DNA from: Callorhinchus milii
Taxonomy: Eukaryota
DNA: 64,000 bases
Direction of reading: 5' to 3'
Assembly: GCF_018977255.1 (NCBI RefSeq)
Contig: NW_024704752.1
Location: forward strand, 620,001 to 684,000
Positions within the stretch are counted from its first letter, which is position 1, and every line of letters begins with the position of its first letter. A model generated the notes under the pieces. It was given only the letters and a program-made list of their open reading frames with translations. It did not search any database and was not told the DNA's origin. A program made the position numbers and the translations under genes. Shown in pieces: positions 37,718 through 50,205 of the stretch.

Positions 37718-40700
37718 ATGTATGTGGGAAATATGTTTTACTTTTTCCTGTTAGAATTACTCAGACTTGAGGCCGGATGGGGAAGCGGTGAATATAGTTG
37801 TAAACTTCAAGGGAAGTTCGATTTACCTGAACTGTCAAAGGATGGAGACGTCATTCTGGGGGGACTTTTTAACTTGCACATGGACAGGGTTGAGAATGTG
37901 CATTCCTTTACTGTCCGGCCAAAAGCAGAACAGTGCAAACGGTGAGTGGATTCTCAGAGTAATTTATAAAAAGCTATAGTTAAGTGTATAGTAAATGTAT
38001 ATGGGTGTCTGACACATGTGGAAACCCATCGACATGCCTTCGAGTATCCTAACAAAGCTGAGATTTCCATGCTTACACATGGAAATTCCAGAGATAGATT
38101 GTTGAATGGAATGCGCACTCTCTCCGTGAAGGGTGACATCCTGCTCACCTAATTCTGAAAAGTATTAATAATAATCCTCGCATTTTATAGAGTGCCTTAT
38201 CACATCTTTGAGATGTCTCAATGTGCCTCACAGAATATTCTGTAAAGTGAATTGACTGTATATTTTATGGGCAAAATGCGGCAGCCAATTGCGCACAACA
38301 GTGTCACACAAACAGCCATGGATAAGTGACCAATTTATTATTATTATTTTTTTGAAGGAATTACTTCCCCCAGAAAAGCAATCTGCCATTCTACTTACAA
38401 CCAGGTTGCTTCTTACTGCTAGGTAAACAGAGGCGCGTGGAGTAATGAAACTTGTCCAATGTTTTGCTCTGCCGGGATTCAAACCCAGATTTCTCTCCTG
38501 CAAGACAAATGCACTTTAACCACTGAGCTACAGGACTGGAACACTGCAGATCTGTCTGGCTCAGGAACTGGACTACTGAGACCACCACAGAGGGCTGGCT
38601 CAATTCCAACTTTCCATTGCCAGGCATGCCACGCTGAAGATAGCCCAGCAGGAAACCCCGCTTAGTGCTCCCGTTCCCCCCCACCCCGGAGGATAGTCAC
38701 TAGTAGGTTGTTCCACATTCGACAACTCACTATGTGGAAGGAATTCCCTGGAAGTTTCCCAGTGGGCAAAACATCTCATCTTGAAATGATAACAGATAAA
38801 CAATAAAAGATAACTGACAGGAAGATGCAATTGATTATAAGCCCTGAGAATGCAAATCCAATTGGTTATTGCAATAAAGGGTAAACCACTGAACAACCAA
38901 CTTGCAACAAGCTGTGTCTTTACATAAATGGCTAATGACTGTAGTAGGATTCATATTTTGTCGTAGAAATAATTTTTGCAATATAATAAAAACATTCAAT
39001 CTCATTCCATGATGCTAATAATTTGTGTAACTCCAAAGGTTTGATTTCAGAGGCTTTCGCTTGGCTCAGACCATGATCTTTGCCATTGAAGAAATCAACG
39101 GAAATCACCTCCTGTTGCCAAATGTCACACTGGGATTCAGGATCCACGATGATTGTGCGTCATCCAAGATCGTGACAAAAGCGGCCTTAGCTCTTGTTAA
39201 TGGGCAGGAAGAAACCGGTTTGGGTTATTCTTGCACAGGACAATCTAATGTCATCGGGTTTGTCGGGACAGAAGGATCCTCTGAGTCTATTGCAGTAGCA
39301 AGAGTTATTGGTCCTTTTCAAGTTCCAATGGTAATGTTGTCAAATCCAAATCATTCAGAACTCTGCTGCCCGCATACTTACCCTGACCAAACTCCGTCTA
39401 ACCATCTAAGCCCATCTAACCATTCAGCCACTTTGTCTTGAAAATCTGGACCAATCTCCTTCAATCCCTCCGCCTTGCCCATCTCTCCCCTTTATCAAGT
39501 CCTGCCTGAAAACCTTCCTTTTTGACGGTGATTACAGTCGCCTCCCCTCCACCCCCTCCTCCCCTCCCACCTGGCTCGAAGTCAGGCTCCGCCACTCTTA
39601 AGCGTTCTGAGATGCTACCTTGCATGGAGGGCACAATATGGTCTATTGCCGATAATGTTTTTTGCTTAAATAAAATATACCGTTATTAAATTAGACCAAA
39701 GATTAATTTTACCTTTATGAAAACTTGTTTATCTGGAAAACAGTGAAGGCACTTTTCCCCTTCCTGATGGAAATCAGTCTGGTATAAATATGATCACTAC
39801 ACACGCGCACACACAAACACACACACACACACACACACAAGCACACATACATACACACTCCATTATCATTACATATATTTTTCTGCACGTTACTATTATT
39901 TTGTTCATGATTCTCAGAATCCATAGCCCTGGAAAAAATCATTTGATCTCTTTTCAAATTACAGAACTGTACAAATTGATGAGCATGTGTTTAAATTCCT
40001 TATGTACCCACAAAACAACAAAATAAAAAAGCCCAAAGACTATACTGTATTGGAAATACATAGTTAAACGATCACTGTAATGGAAATTGTTATTACTGTC
40101 AATTAAACCATATTCTACTAATTCTCATTCACACGACTTGGAATTTTACACAAGTGATGAATCTATATTTTAAGCTACATTAAGTTAAGTAAAACTTCAG
40201 CAATTTATGGGTTTTGCCTTCAGAGACCAGATATATTAATGATATTCTAAATGTCTTTTATCAATCACAGGTCAGCTACTTTTCCACTTGTGTTTGTCTC
40301 AGCAATAGGAACGAATACCCCATGTTTTATAGAACTATACCCAGTGACTACCATCAGTCCAAGGCTTTAGCTGAAATCATTAAGAAGTTTGGATGGACGT
40401 GGATTGGGACTATCAGAAGCAACAATGACTATGGTAACTTTGGAATGCAGGCATTTGTAGACATTGCGCAGGAACTTGGCATTTGCATTGCCTTCTCGGA
40501 ATCATTTTATAGAACAGATCCACTTGAAAAGATAAGAAACATTGTAAATATAATTAAGTTATCGACCACAAAAGTTGTGGTGGCTTTTTCTGCCCCGAGG
40601 GAAATGCAGTTATTACTCAAAGAAGTAATACGACAAAACCTCACTGGAATACAGTGGGTGGGAACTGAAGCCTGGATAACAGCCCAACTTATTGCCCCAA

Positions 40701-43700
40701 ATGAAAGTGCGAGATTTCTTATTGGAGCAATTGGCCCAGCGATTCCTTCAGCAGAAGTAAAGGGATTGCAGGAATTCCTTCTGAAAATTCATCCGTCTAA
40801 GTTTCCCGGAAATAGTTTAGTAAAGGAGTTTTGGGAAACTGCGTTCCAATGTAGTTTCTGGTCAGGAAACACAAGCCAAACAAACACAACATCCACATTG
40901 CAGCAATGCACCGGCAAAGAAGATGTAACAGAAATACACAATGGATATTCTGATGTAACTATGGATGGAATTTCCTACAACGTATACAAAGCGGTGTACG
41001 CTTTAGCTCATGCACTTCACAATCTGCTTTTGTGTGAGAGAGGAAAAGGACCATTTATGAACAACACCTGTGCACACACATCAAATTTTCAGCCATGGCA
41101 GGTAAGGAAACATTCGTACATAAAACATATCTGTATTGGTAACCAATGCTCTGTGTATTTTTTGAAATATGTCAACCTACTGACGATTGTTAAGTTACTA
41201 ACCATCTCATATAATAAACATTATCGTTCATGTAATGTGACGTTATGATTCCTCAATGCTGCCTTACATTTGATCATATTCTTTGATATTGTTGTACAGA
41301 TTCTCCATTACCTACAGTCAGTAAATTTTACATCTAAATCCGGTGACAGAATTTATTTTGATGAAAACGGTGACCCCGTGGCCAAGTATGACTTGATAAA
41401 CTGGCAAAAGAATTTGAAAGGCGTTGCTGAAACTCGTGTAATTGGCTTCTACGATGGTTCCGCACCTCCAAGCCGGGAGCTTACGGTGAATGAGGAGGCT
41501 ATCGTGTGGAGCAATGGTCAAACTGAGGTAGTTATTTATTTGCTTTAGAAAAAAACTTGAATTTCAATTGCCATGAAGGACAATGTCAAACAATACTTAA
41601 GTAGGAACCCATTTGTTAGTCGATTGGTGGATCACTCTTCCGGGGGTAAAAATTCCTTCAAAAAAAATAATAGTAATTTGGTCACTCAATCCACAACTTC
41701 TTGGCGGATACTGCTGTCGCATTTCTCCCTTAAAAAATGCATCAACTCACTTTACAGAATATTCTGTGAAGTGGTTTGAGACGTCTTGAAGATAAGGCGC
41801 TGTATTGAATCATAGAATGATGGTCTGTGTCGGCTCTTTGAAAGGAGCTATCCAATTCAACCCCACTCCCCCACTCTCTCCCCATAGCCCTGCAAACTTG
41901 TCCTCCCCAAATAATTATCAACTTCTCTCTTAGAAATTTGTAATCGAATCGGCTTCCACCAGCCTTTTAGACAATGCATTCAAGTTCCATACAACCCACA
42001 GTGTGAAAACATTTCTCCTCACCCCCACCCTGTTTCATTTAACAATTATTTTAAATCGGTGCCCTTGGGTTGCCGGCCAACCCGCCAACAGAATTAGTTT
42101 CTCCATCTATTAAGTCTCCTCCTAACCTTCTCTGCCCTAAAGAGAATAATCTTAGCTTCTCTGGCCTCTCCTGATAACTGAAGTCCCTCATTCTTGGGAC
42201 CTCATTCTTTGCAGTTCCTTGACATTCTTCCTAAACTATGGTGCCCAGAAATGAACACAGTACTACATATCAAATGCAACAATTATTATTTTATGATTAT
42301 AAAATATTAAAGCAAATTGTATTCATATTGTGGCCTTCACATATCATAGCGACTTGGAGTGCTTTACAGTGGAAGAGCCGATTTGGGAGAATCAGTGAGA
42401 AGCGAGGTGACTGTTGGTTTGGTGGGTTGTGAGATTCAACTTGAAGACGCAGACATAGGATGAGATTGAGGTATGGAGGGAGGGAGTTTCAGAGTTAGAG
42501 AACTTTGAGGCAATACTTATTTCTAGTTAGTTCATTTGTGTTGTTTTGACAAATATGCATTGACTAAAACCATTACTGATAACATCATACGTGTCGTTTT
42601 ACTTTACAAGTTTTATTTTTATTCTGAGATCCCACGTGCGGTTTGCAGTGAGAGCTGTATTCCTGGAACAAGAAAAGTTGCCAGAAAAGGCCAACCCGTG
42701 TGTTGCTTTGACTGTACAGAATGTGCAGAGGGAGAAATCAGTAACTTCACAGGTGTGTTCATACCTGTCTACACTATTTGAACAAACCTCTTTAGTAATG
42801 TTCATGGAGAAATTTAATTATCGTACCTTTCCCAGATTCCACAGACTGCATTAAATGCCCTGAACAATATTGGCCCAATCAGCAGAGAGATCGTTGCCTA
42901 CCAAAGGAAATAGAGTTCCTCTCCTTTACCGAAATGCTGGGAGGTGTATTGCTGACATTGGCTCTGGTGGGAGTGAGCACCACAATAAGTATTGCCATTG
43001 TCTTCTTCACACACAGAGACACTCCTGTTGTTAAAGCCAACAATTCTGAGCTCAGCTATCTGCTTCTCTTTGCATTAACGCTGTGTTTTCTGTGCTCAGT
43101 GACTTTCATTGGCGAGCCCTCAGTCTGGGCTTGCACGTTGTGCCACACAGCATTCGCTATCGCTTTCGTTCTCTGTATTTCCTGTATTTTGATTAAAACA
43201 ATCCTTGTGATTCTGGCGTTTAAGGCAACTCTTCCAAACAACAACATGGCCAAATTGTTCGGGCCTGCTCAGCAGCGTTGGAGTGTATTCCTCCTTACCT
43301 CTGTTCAGTGCCTGATATGTACTCTCTGGTTAACTATATCACACCCATTTCCCATGAGAAACACAGAATATTACAGAGAGATTATCATTCTGGAATGTGA
43401 CCTGGGCTCTGTGAGCGCCTTTTATTCTATGGCGGGATATATTGCTTTCCTGGCCGGAGTGAGCTTTGTGCTGGCGTTTCTAGCTCGGAAATTACCTGAT
43501 AACTTTAATGAGGCTCAATGTATAACCTTTAGCATGCTCATCTTTTGTGCTGTTTGGATCACTTTTATACCAGTTTACATCAGCTCTCCTGGGAAATACA
43601 CCGTTGCTGTCGAAGTCTTTGCTATTTTAGCCTCGAGTTGTGGGTTATTGTTTTGTATTTTTGTTCCTAAATGTTACATTATTTTGGTAAAACCTGAAAT

Positions 43701-43746
43701 GAATACCAAAAAACACTTGATGGGCAAAGTGCCTGTAAATAAATAG
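37718..43746 (+). CDS. G5: V2R/OlfC-family class C GPCR, mosaic gene (divergent exons 1-2, shared exons 3-6), 869 aa
   Basis: Exons 37718-37941 (alternative ATG 37733), 39039-39330, 40271-41101, 41300-41527, 42629-42752, 42836-43746; sum 2610 nt, in frame; C-terminus GKVPVNK. Confidence 0.94.
38166..38537 (-). mobile_element. Full-length SINE in G5 intron 1
   Basis: A/B boxes, core and tail on the minus strand. Confidence 0.9.
39410..39640 (+). mobile_element. L2 3' end fragment
   Basis: ctgaaaaccttcctttttgac...aagcgttctgagatgctacc...ggagggcac. Confidence 0.7.
39798..39858. repeat. (CA)n microsatellite, imperfect
   Basis: Visible in sequence. Confidence 0.9.
41808..42265 (-). mobile_element. 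CR1 LINE 3' end in G5 intron 4
   Basis: Starts at tail gaatcatagaatg; reverse complement of the CR1 3' region; absent from the paralogous introns. Confidence 0.85.
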
Positions 43747-43869
43747 GCACTGCCCATTACAGGTGTACTTTGGGAGGAATAATAATGTAAACACTTTTTA
43801 TGCTTTCATTAAATGCAAAAATAAAACAACCACATAAACAATGTGTCATATTTGTAATGGAATTGATAA

Positions 43870-45205
43870 GATGTGAAACCTACTTTATGCCCTTTTAATT
43901 TTTTGTCTGTCTCTCCTTGTCTGGCTTCCCATTTGTGCTTGATGTTATCCTTTGAACGTTCAACAGAGCCTCAAATCTCTCCTTTTTCTGACTCAACCAA
44001 TAATTTCCGTTATTAAGATTATTCCATGGAGCTTCTCCAGATAGTCATCCCCCAGGTCTCCTTGCCCAACATTCGTAGACATAATGTTCAGTTTTCCCGC
44101 AATTATAACACGTTCCTGGTCTTTTCCCTGGACCCTGTCCTTGTCCCTTTCGAGGAGGGGGTCCCTCCACTGCGACTACCGGCCGTGGAATGTGAGAGGG
44201 CACGGGGTACGATCATGGGGTGTCAAATCCCAATCGCATACTACAGCTTCTAAAATATTGTCCCATAGCAGAGTTTTATTCGCTGGGGAAGCAGATGCCA
44301 TCTTTAGTTCGGGAGGGATTTCGCTGTTTTAAAAACAAATCCTTGATTGTTGGAGGAGGAATAGTGGGGATCAACACTTGGGGCTGAGGAGGGACAGCTG
44401 GATTGCTAACCTGCACTGCTACTTGCTGCGCTTGTCTGATCTGCTCTGTTGTAGCTCTTCTCGCATCTAACTCTGCTTGCAATCCCAAGCGACAAGCATT
44501 AAACAATCGTGGTGCAAAAGCCCAAGGGTATTTGTGGGGAGCCTGTACCATAAGTTAAAAGGATTTGGTGATCCATCCCCAGGGCCTGAAGAATATCCCT
44601 CGGCACCACGCATTATGGAGATCTGCCCGTAACCCTTGTCTCACTGATGAATCACATGCAGAAGCCAAAACCTGACCAATATCAGCACCTTCCAATTCCA
44701 GATGCCGTAACCTGAAATTGATCATCCGCTGCTTGACATCAGCCGGATCTGATCTCCAATTAAGAGATCCCAACTTGCGCACCAGGCCCCGGACCTCAGC
44801 TCCTAACAGTGGACTGTTCTGTTGAGTGTACCCTGTCTGTACTAAGGGATTAGCGTTGTCATAATGGACGGTTCATGTCATTAATGCTGCCGGTGTAGGT
44901 GTTGTTGGTTCCCCATAAGGCTCTGGTGGGCCGCATGGGTCATCCTCATGATAATGTGTTGCCTCATTGTCCGGAGAGAACCAATCTATGTCATCATCAT
45001 CTAAATCATTATTCTTCCCAATTCTTAGTTCGTAGTGAATTACTGAGACTGCCCATTACATTTATTTTCTCCTGTTTATCTCTGACAGTTCTTGCTGGAT
45101 ACATTCTTCTTTCTCTTCATTTCTCTCCGCACAATAATGCGCGACACACACCAACAACTGTCTGGATTTCTTCTCTTTAATCCAACCTTCATAAACTTCT
45201 TTATA
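43870..45205 (-). mobile_element. Degenerate gag-like remnant of an LTR retroelement/ERV
   Basis: Minus strand encodes PGTCYNCGKTEHYVYECWARR (CX2CX4HX4C knuckle, 44110-44069), preceded by broken Pro-rich and capsid-sized ORFs (44276-44782). Confidence 0.75.
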
Positions 45206-45207
45206 CA

Positions 45208-45612
45208 TTAGAATATACAGAACAGAAACACGCCATTCAGCCTATCTAGTCTATGCGGGTGTTCATGCTCCACATGAGCCTTCCGCAACTAAGCCTTCAA
45301 GTATAACCTACTCAGTTCTCCCCAATGTACTTATCGAGCTTTCCCATAATACATCTATGCTATTTGCCTCAACAACTCCTTATGGTAGCATGTTCCACAT
45401 TCCCACTACTCTCTGTGTGAAGAAATTTCTTTGAACTGCCCTATTTGATCTATTTGTGACGATTTTATATTGATGACCCCTGGTTTTGGTCTCCCCCACA
45501 AGTGGAAACATCTTCCCTATCAAAACCTTTCATCATTTTAAAGACCTCTATCAGGACACCCCTTACCCTCCTCTTTTGAAGAGAAAAGAGTCCAAGTATG
45601 TTCAGCCTTTCC
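45208..45612 (-). mobile_element. CR1 LINE 3' end
   Basis: Reverse complement of CR1 RT end and 3' UTR (cttttctcttcaaaagaggagggtaagggg..., tggaacatgctacca). Confidence 0.85.
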
Positions 45613-46637
45613 TGAGGAGGAAACCGAGTGATGAGGGAACCGAGTGAGGAGGAACCAAGTAAAAGGCGAAGGAAAAAACCTTGTAAACTTAAAATAAAAT
45701 TTAAATTTCTCTGGTCTCGAGCAGAAAGCTCAGCAGTGCAAGGATGGAACAGTGTGGGAATTCTGTGCAGGAAGTTGGGGAGAGTGGGAATTTGGTGCAG
45801 ATTTCAGAAGGATGAGGTCGCCTACCACCACCCTCATTCCATCTCCCTCACCCACCCCGCCCTCAGCTACTACCACACCCCCCATCCTACATTCATTTGC
45901 CCCCATCTCTCCTTCTTCCCTCTCATCCACCATCACCCCAATGAAACCCACCACCTGCTGCCTTGACCCCCTCCCACTGTTATATTGTGCATGCAACAGT
46001 TCTCAGCTGTCCTGCCATATTCCCAGACATGTTTCATATTAGTTTAATACAAATATTATATATTTTATAATTATGCACCTCTTTTATCCCCCTCTGCACC
46101 GAATTCCCACTCTCACCAAATTCCTGCATAGAATTCCCACAATGTTCCATTCTTGCACTGTTAGGCTCTCTGCTCGAGACCATAGAAATTTAATTCTTAA
46201 AAAAAATTTATAAGGTTTCTTCCTTCACCTTTTATTTGTTTTTAGTTTATTTTCCCCTTGATCTATTTTACTGTTAACAATTTTAGGGTAAATAGGTGAA
46301 GAAGTAATTTCATACCAAAACACAAAATACTGCTGGAAATCTGAAACAAAAATGGAAGTTGCTGGGAACACAGGTCAGGCAGCATCTACGGAGAAAGGAA
46401 AGTTAGTCAACGTTCCGGGTCCCTTTTGTCTCTTGCTTACACACCTTAGTAATTAACACAAACTTTACACCTACTTCCCCAGGAATGTATATGAGAAAAT
46501 CTGTACCTTTTCCCCACTTTCACCAAATTCCTTAACAGAAATCTCACTCCTCCTCACTTGGTTCCCGTCTCACTCGGTTCCTTCCTCACTCGATTTTCTC
46601 CTCACTCGGTTCCCTCCTCACTCGGTTCCCTCCTCAC
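45613..46637. repeat. Inverted-repeat (fold-back) structure with 17-bp tandem units at both ends
   Basis: 45657-45802 is the reverse complement of 46094-46238; gagtgaggagggaacc units at 45613-45660 are the reverse complement of cactcggttccctcct units at 46552-46637. Confidence 0.85.
46318..46422. mobile_element. Possible Penelope-type terminal repeat fragment
   Basis: aaaatactgctggaaatctgaaacaaaa...gctggga...caggtcaggcagcatct...aacgttccgggtc resembles a common chondrichthyan repeat as recalled; not verified. Confidence 0.45.
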
Positions 46638-46639
46638 AA

Positions 46640-48890
46640 TGCACAATACTCGTTGACACAAAGCCATGGCCATCCCCTCGACCTCGTCTTCACACATGGC
46701 CTTGACATTTCCAACCTGTGCATTTTGGACAAGGCCATCTCGGACCACTTATTCATCTCCTTCTCCTCTCGCGTCCCTCCCTCCTCCATCAAGCCCTCAA
46801 CCATTCTTTTCCACCCACGGAAAAGACTTTACCCCAAAGACCCTCACAAAGACCCTCTCATCCTCAGACTTTGTATTCCTATGGCCTTCCACCTACAGTG
46901 ACCCTGAAGCAGCCGTCAAGCTGCTCCATGATAACCTCTCCTCCACCTTCAACTCCCTCATTCCCCTGAAATCCAGGACTGTCTCCAAATCCATCCACTC
47001 CCCCTCATTACAACAGCCATCTGCTCTGTAAAATCGAGCACAGGTGGCAGAAAACCAGCCTCACGATTCACAACCAGCTGTGGCTGGAGCACCTACCACC
47101 ACTCCCTGTCACAAGAAAAAACTGCACACTACTCAACCATCATACTGGAGGCCAACAATAACTCCAAAATCCTATTCTACACTGCCAAGCACCTCCTGCA
47201 TGCACCCCTTCAAGGACCCTCAATCATCACATTTAACGTCAAGTGCGAAGAGGTCATGGGTTTCTTATCCCTAAAATTGACAACATCCCCTTGGTTTCTT
47301 CATCCTTCTGCCCCATGTCACCTACCACCACCCCTATTCCATCTCCCTCGCACACTTCACCCTCAGCTCCACGGCCGTGATGCTACATTCATTCTCTCCT
47401 TCCTCCCTCTCATCCATCATCAATAACAGCAACTTGGATTTATATAGCGCCCTCCAGGCCGGACAGCATCTCAGAGCGCTTCACAGTAACGAATTCCAGG
47501 GCCGAGCCAGGGGGAAAGGGAGGAAGGTGACCAAAGGCGCGGCCGAAAAGAAAGGTCTTCAGTAGGGACCTGAAAATAGGAAGAAAGGGAGTGAGAAAGG
47601 GAATTCCAGAGCCTCGGGGCATAATGGCTGAAGGCACGACCACCAAGGGTGGAGCGGAGGACTCGGGGATGAGGAGGAGGCCAGACCCGGAGGAAAGAAG
47701 GCATCATCACAATGAAACCCACCACCTGCTTCCTCGACCTCCATCCCCACCCAACTGCTGATCATCCAGCTCCCCCTCCTCTACCCACTCCTGGCAGACA
47801 ATATTAATGAGTCTCTCACCTCAGGATCAGTACAACTCTCCCTCAATACCGCTGTCATTACTGCCCTATTTGAAAAACCTACCCTTGATCCCTCCAATCT
47901 CGGTCACTACCGCCTTATCTCAAACTTGCCCTTCCTTACCAAAGCTCTAGAAATTCGATGTTGCCAACCAACTTCGCGCACAACTCTCCCTCCACACCGT
48001 ACTCAAACCCCTCCAGTCCAGTTTCCACCCTGCCTACAGTACAGAGGCAGTGCTCAAGAAAGTCACAAATGATATCCTCTCTATCTGTGACCAAGGCTTC
48101 CTCTGCCTCCTCATCCTCCTGGACCTCTCCACCACATTTGACACAGTCGATAACGCCATCCTACTCCACCACCTGTCTTCCATGATCCCTCAGTGGGACC
48201 CCACTCGCTTGGTTTGAGTCCTAATTTATAAACTGCCAGCACTATGTTTCTACAAATGGCTTCCTTCTCACTTCCATCTGGTCACCTGCAGGGTAGCCCA
48301 AGCATCCATCCTTGGCCCTGTTCTTTTCCTCATCTATATGCTCACTCTTGTCATCTACAGACACGGGGTTAACTTCCACATGTATGCGGATGACACTCAA
48401 CTCTACTTTTCCACCTTCAGCTGCGACCCCCAGACACCTGATGTTCTATCAGCTTGTCTGTCGGACATCAAGAGCTGGATGAGTGCAAATTTCCTGCAGT
48501 TAAACAAGACAGAAGCCATACGCTTTGGCTCCCTTTGATATTGTCTGTCCCACAGTTCCAACCTACCTGACTTGTCCTTAAAACTCTCCAAACCCGTGCG
48601 CAAGTTAGGCATCATTTCGATCCCCAGTTATCCTTCCTCCCCCTTATCCGGTTCCTGACCAGCACCGCTTTCTTCCACCTCCACCACATTGCCTACCTCC
48701 ATCAATAAGTCACCCTAACTTGCCCCCTCCTTTCCCATCTTCAGGTCTCACCTGAAAACCTTCCTCTTTGACTGCAGCTATGGTCACCTTCCCCCTCCCT
48801 CTGGCTTGCCCTTGGACTCCACCATTGCTAAGCTCTCTGAGATGCCACTCGGTGTGGAGGGCGCTATATAAATGCAAGTTGTTGTTATTA
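46640..48890 (+). mobile_element. Degenerate L2 LINE (EN end, RT, 3' tail)
   Basis: HGHPLDLVFTHG...ISDH (endonuclease end), YRLISNLPFL, FHMYADDTQLY, IKSWMSANFLQLN-KTE, tail ggagggcgctatataaatgcaag(ttg)n. Confidence 0.92.
47423..47701 (-). mobile_element. Younger L2 3' end nested in the older L2, with 8-bp TSD
   Basis: GGRAFSHYAPRLWNSL; direct repeat catcatca at 47415-47422 and 47702-47709. Confidence 0.9.
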
Positions 48891-49730
48891 TGTCATATGG
48901 GAACTCCAAGATGCTTTGTGTGCCATAGGCAAACACGTGTGTAGCAAGTACCTCCGGCTGCTCAAACTGGAGCTCAGGGTTTCTGAGCTCGAAGAGGGAC
49001 TGGTGTCACTATATAGCATTTGGGAGGCTGAAGAGTTCATGAATCAAATATTTCAGGATGTGGTTACCCTACATTTGCAGAGGGTTCAGAAGGAGAGTGG
49101 GTGACCACCTGGCTTGGTTGGAAGAGGGGCCAGGCAGTGCAGAAGTCCCCTGAGAGAGTGGCATTCACAAACTGCTTCTCTGAATTGAATACGTGTGAGG
49201 TTGATGACATCTCAGGGCAAGGAATAAAGTCAAATGGATGCACAATGCGGACACATTGAAGAGTGTCAATCCAATTGTCATTGTGGACACAACGGTGAAA
49301 GGTGTAGATGGGCATTTCTGCAACCAAGAGAAGCTGGGATTATTCTCCTTGGAGTAGAGAAGGTTAAGAGGAGATTTAATAGGAGTTTTCAAAATTAGGA
49401 GGGGATTCGATAGGGTGAACAAGGAGAAACTACTTCCACTGGCGATCGGGTGGGTTGGTAACCTAAGGACACTGATTTAAAATAGTTGTTAAACAAAACA
49501 GAGGTGAGGTGAGGAGAAATGTTTTCACATTGCGAGTTGTTGGGATGCAATGCCTGAAAGGCTGGTGGAAGACGATTTGATAACAACTTTTAAGAGAGGA
49601 GTCGATAATTATTTGGGGAGGACAAGTTTACAGGGCTATAGGGAGAGAGCGGGGGAGTGGGATCGATTTTGATAGCTCTTTTAAAACAGACAGCACAGAA
49701 ACGTGACGCCAGATGGCCTCCTTCACATCA
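48890..49730 (+). mobile_element. Internally deleted CR1 (ORF1 remnant joined to ORF2 3' end)
   Basis: HVCSKYLRLLKLELRVSELE (ORF1-like zinc finger/leucine zipper) followed at about 49328 by gagaagctgggattattctccttggagtagagaaggttaagaggagat. Confidence 0.75.
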
Positions 49731-50205
49731 TTTTACTGTAAAGGGCAGCTCCACGTATTTTTATGATGCTAATGCACAAGGCATGGAGAGACTTAATTCA
49801 TATTAATTAGTTTGATTGTTTATGCCATGGATTTTATTTAACAAGAGTATTCCTTATCATAACGGTCTACGGTGCTGTTAGTTGGTGCCAAACAAGATGA
49901 TAGCCACAGATTAGGGATTTCAACGTATTAAAGGCCGAAGAGTGCAGGTGGAATATGGTTGAAAGCCCCAATCATGGCTACAGGAGCTGAGGGATTAGTT
50001 ACTGTTTCCATACTCAGGTCCGTTATTGCCCCTGGGATTCTCACAATGTATTTACACTTTATATTTGGGATCAGAAAGGGAGCTAATCCCACAAGTGGTT
50101 ACTGTTTGATACACTATATATACAAACAGATTCAGCCCCACGTACAATATGCAGCACAGTTTCATGCTGACAAGGGATCAGCAGAGGTTACCGAGAAGCT
50201 CTGTG

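Noticed and set aside
46395-46430. Penelope-associated hammerhead ribozyme
   Set aside because: The CTGA-GA core is missing and GAAAC reads ggaac in this fragment.
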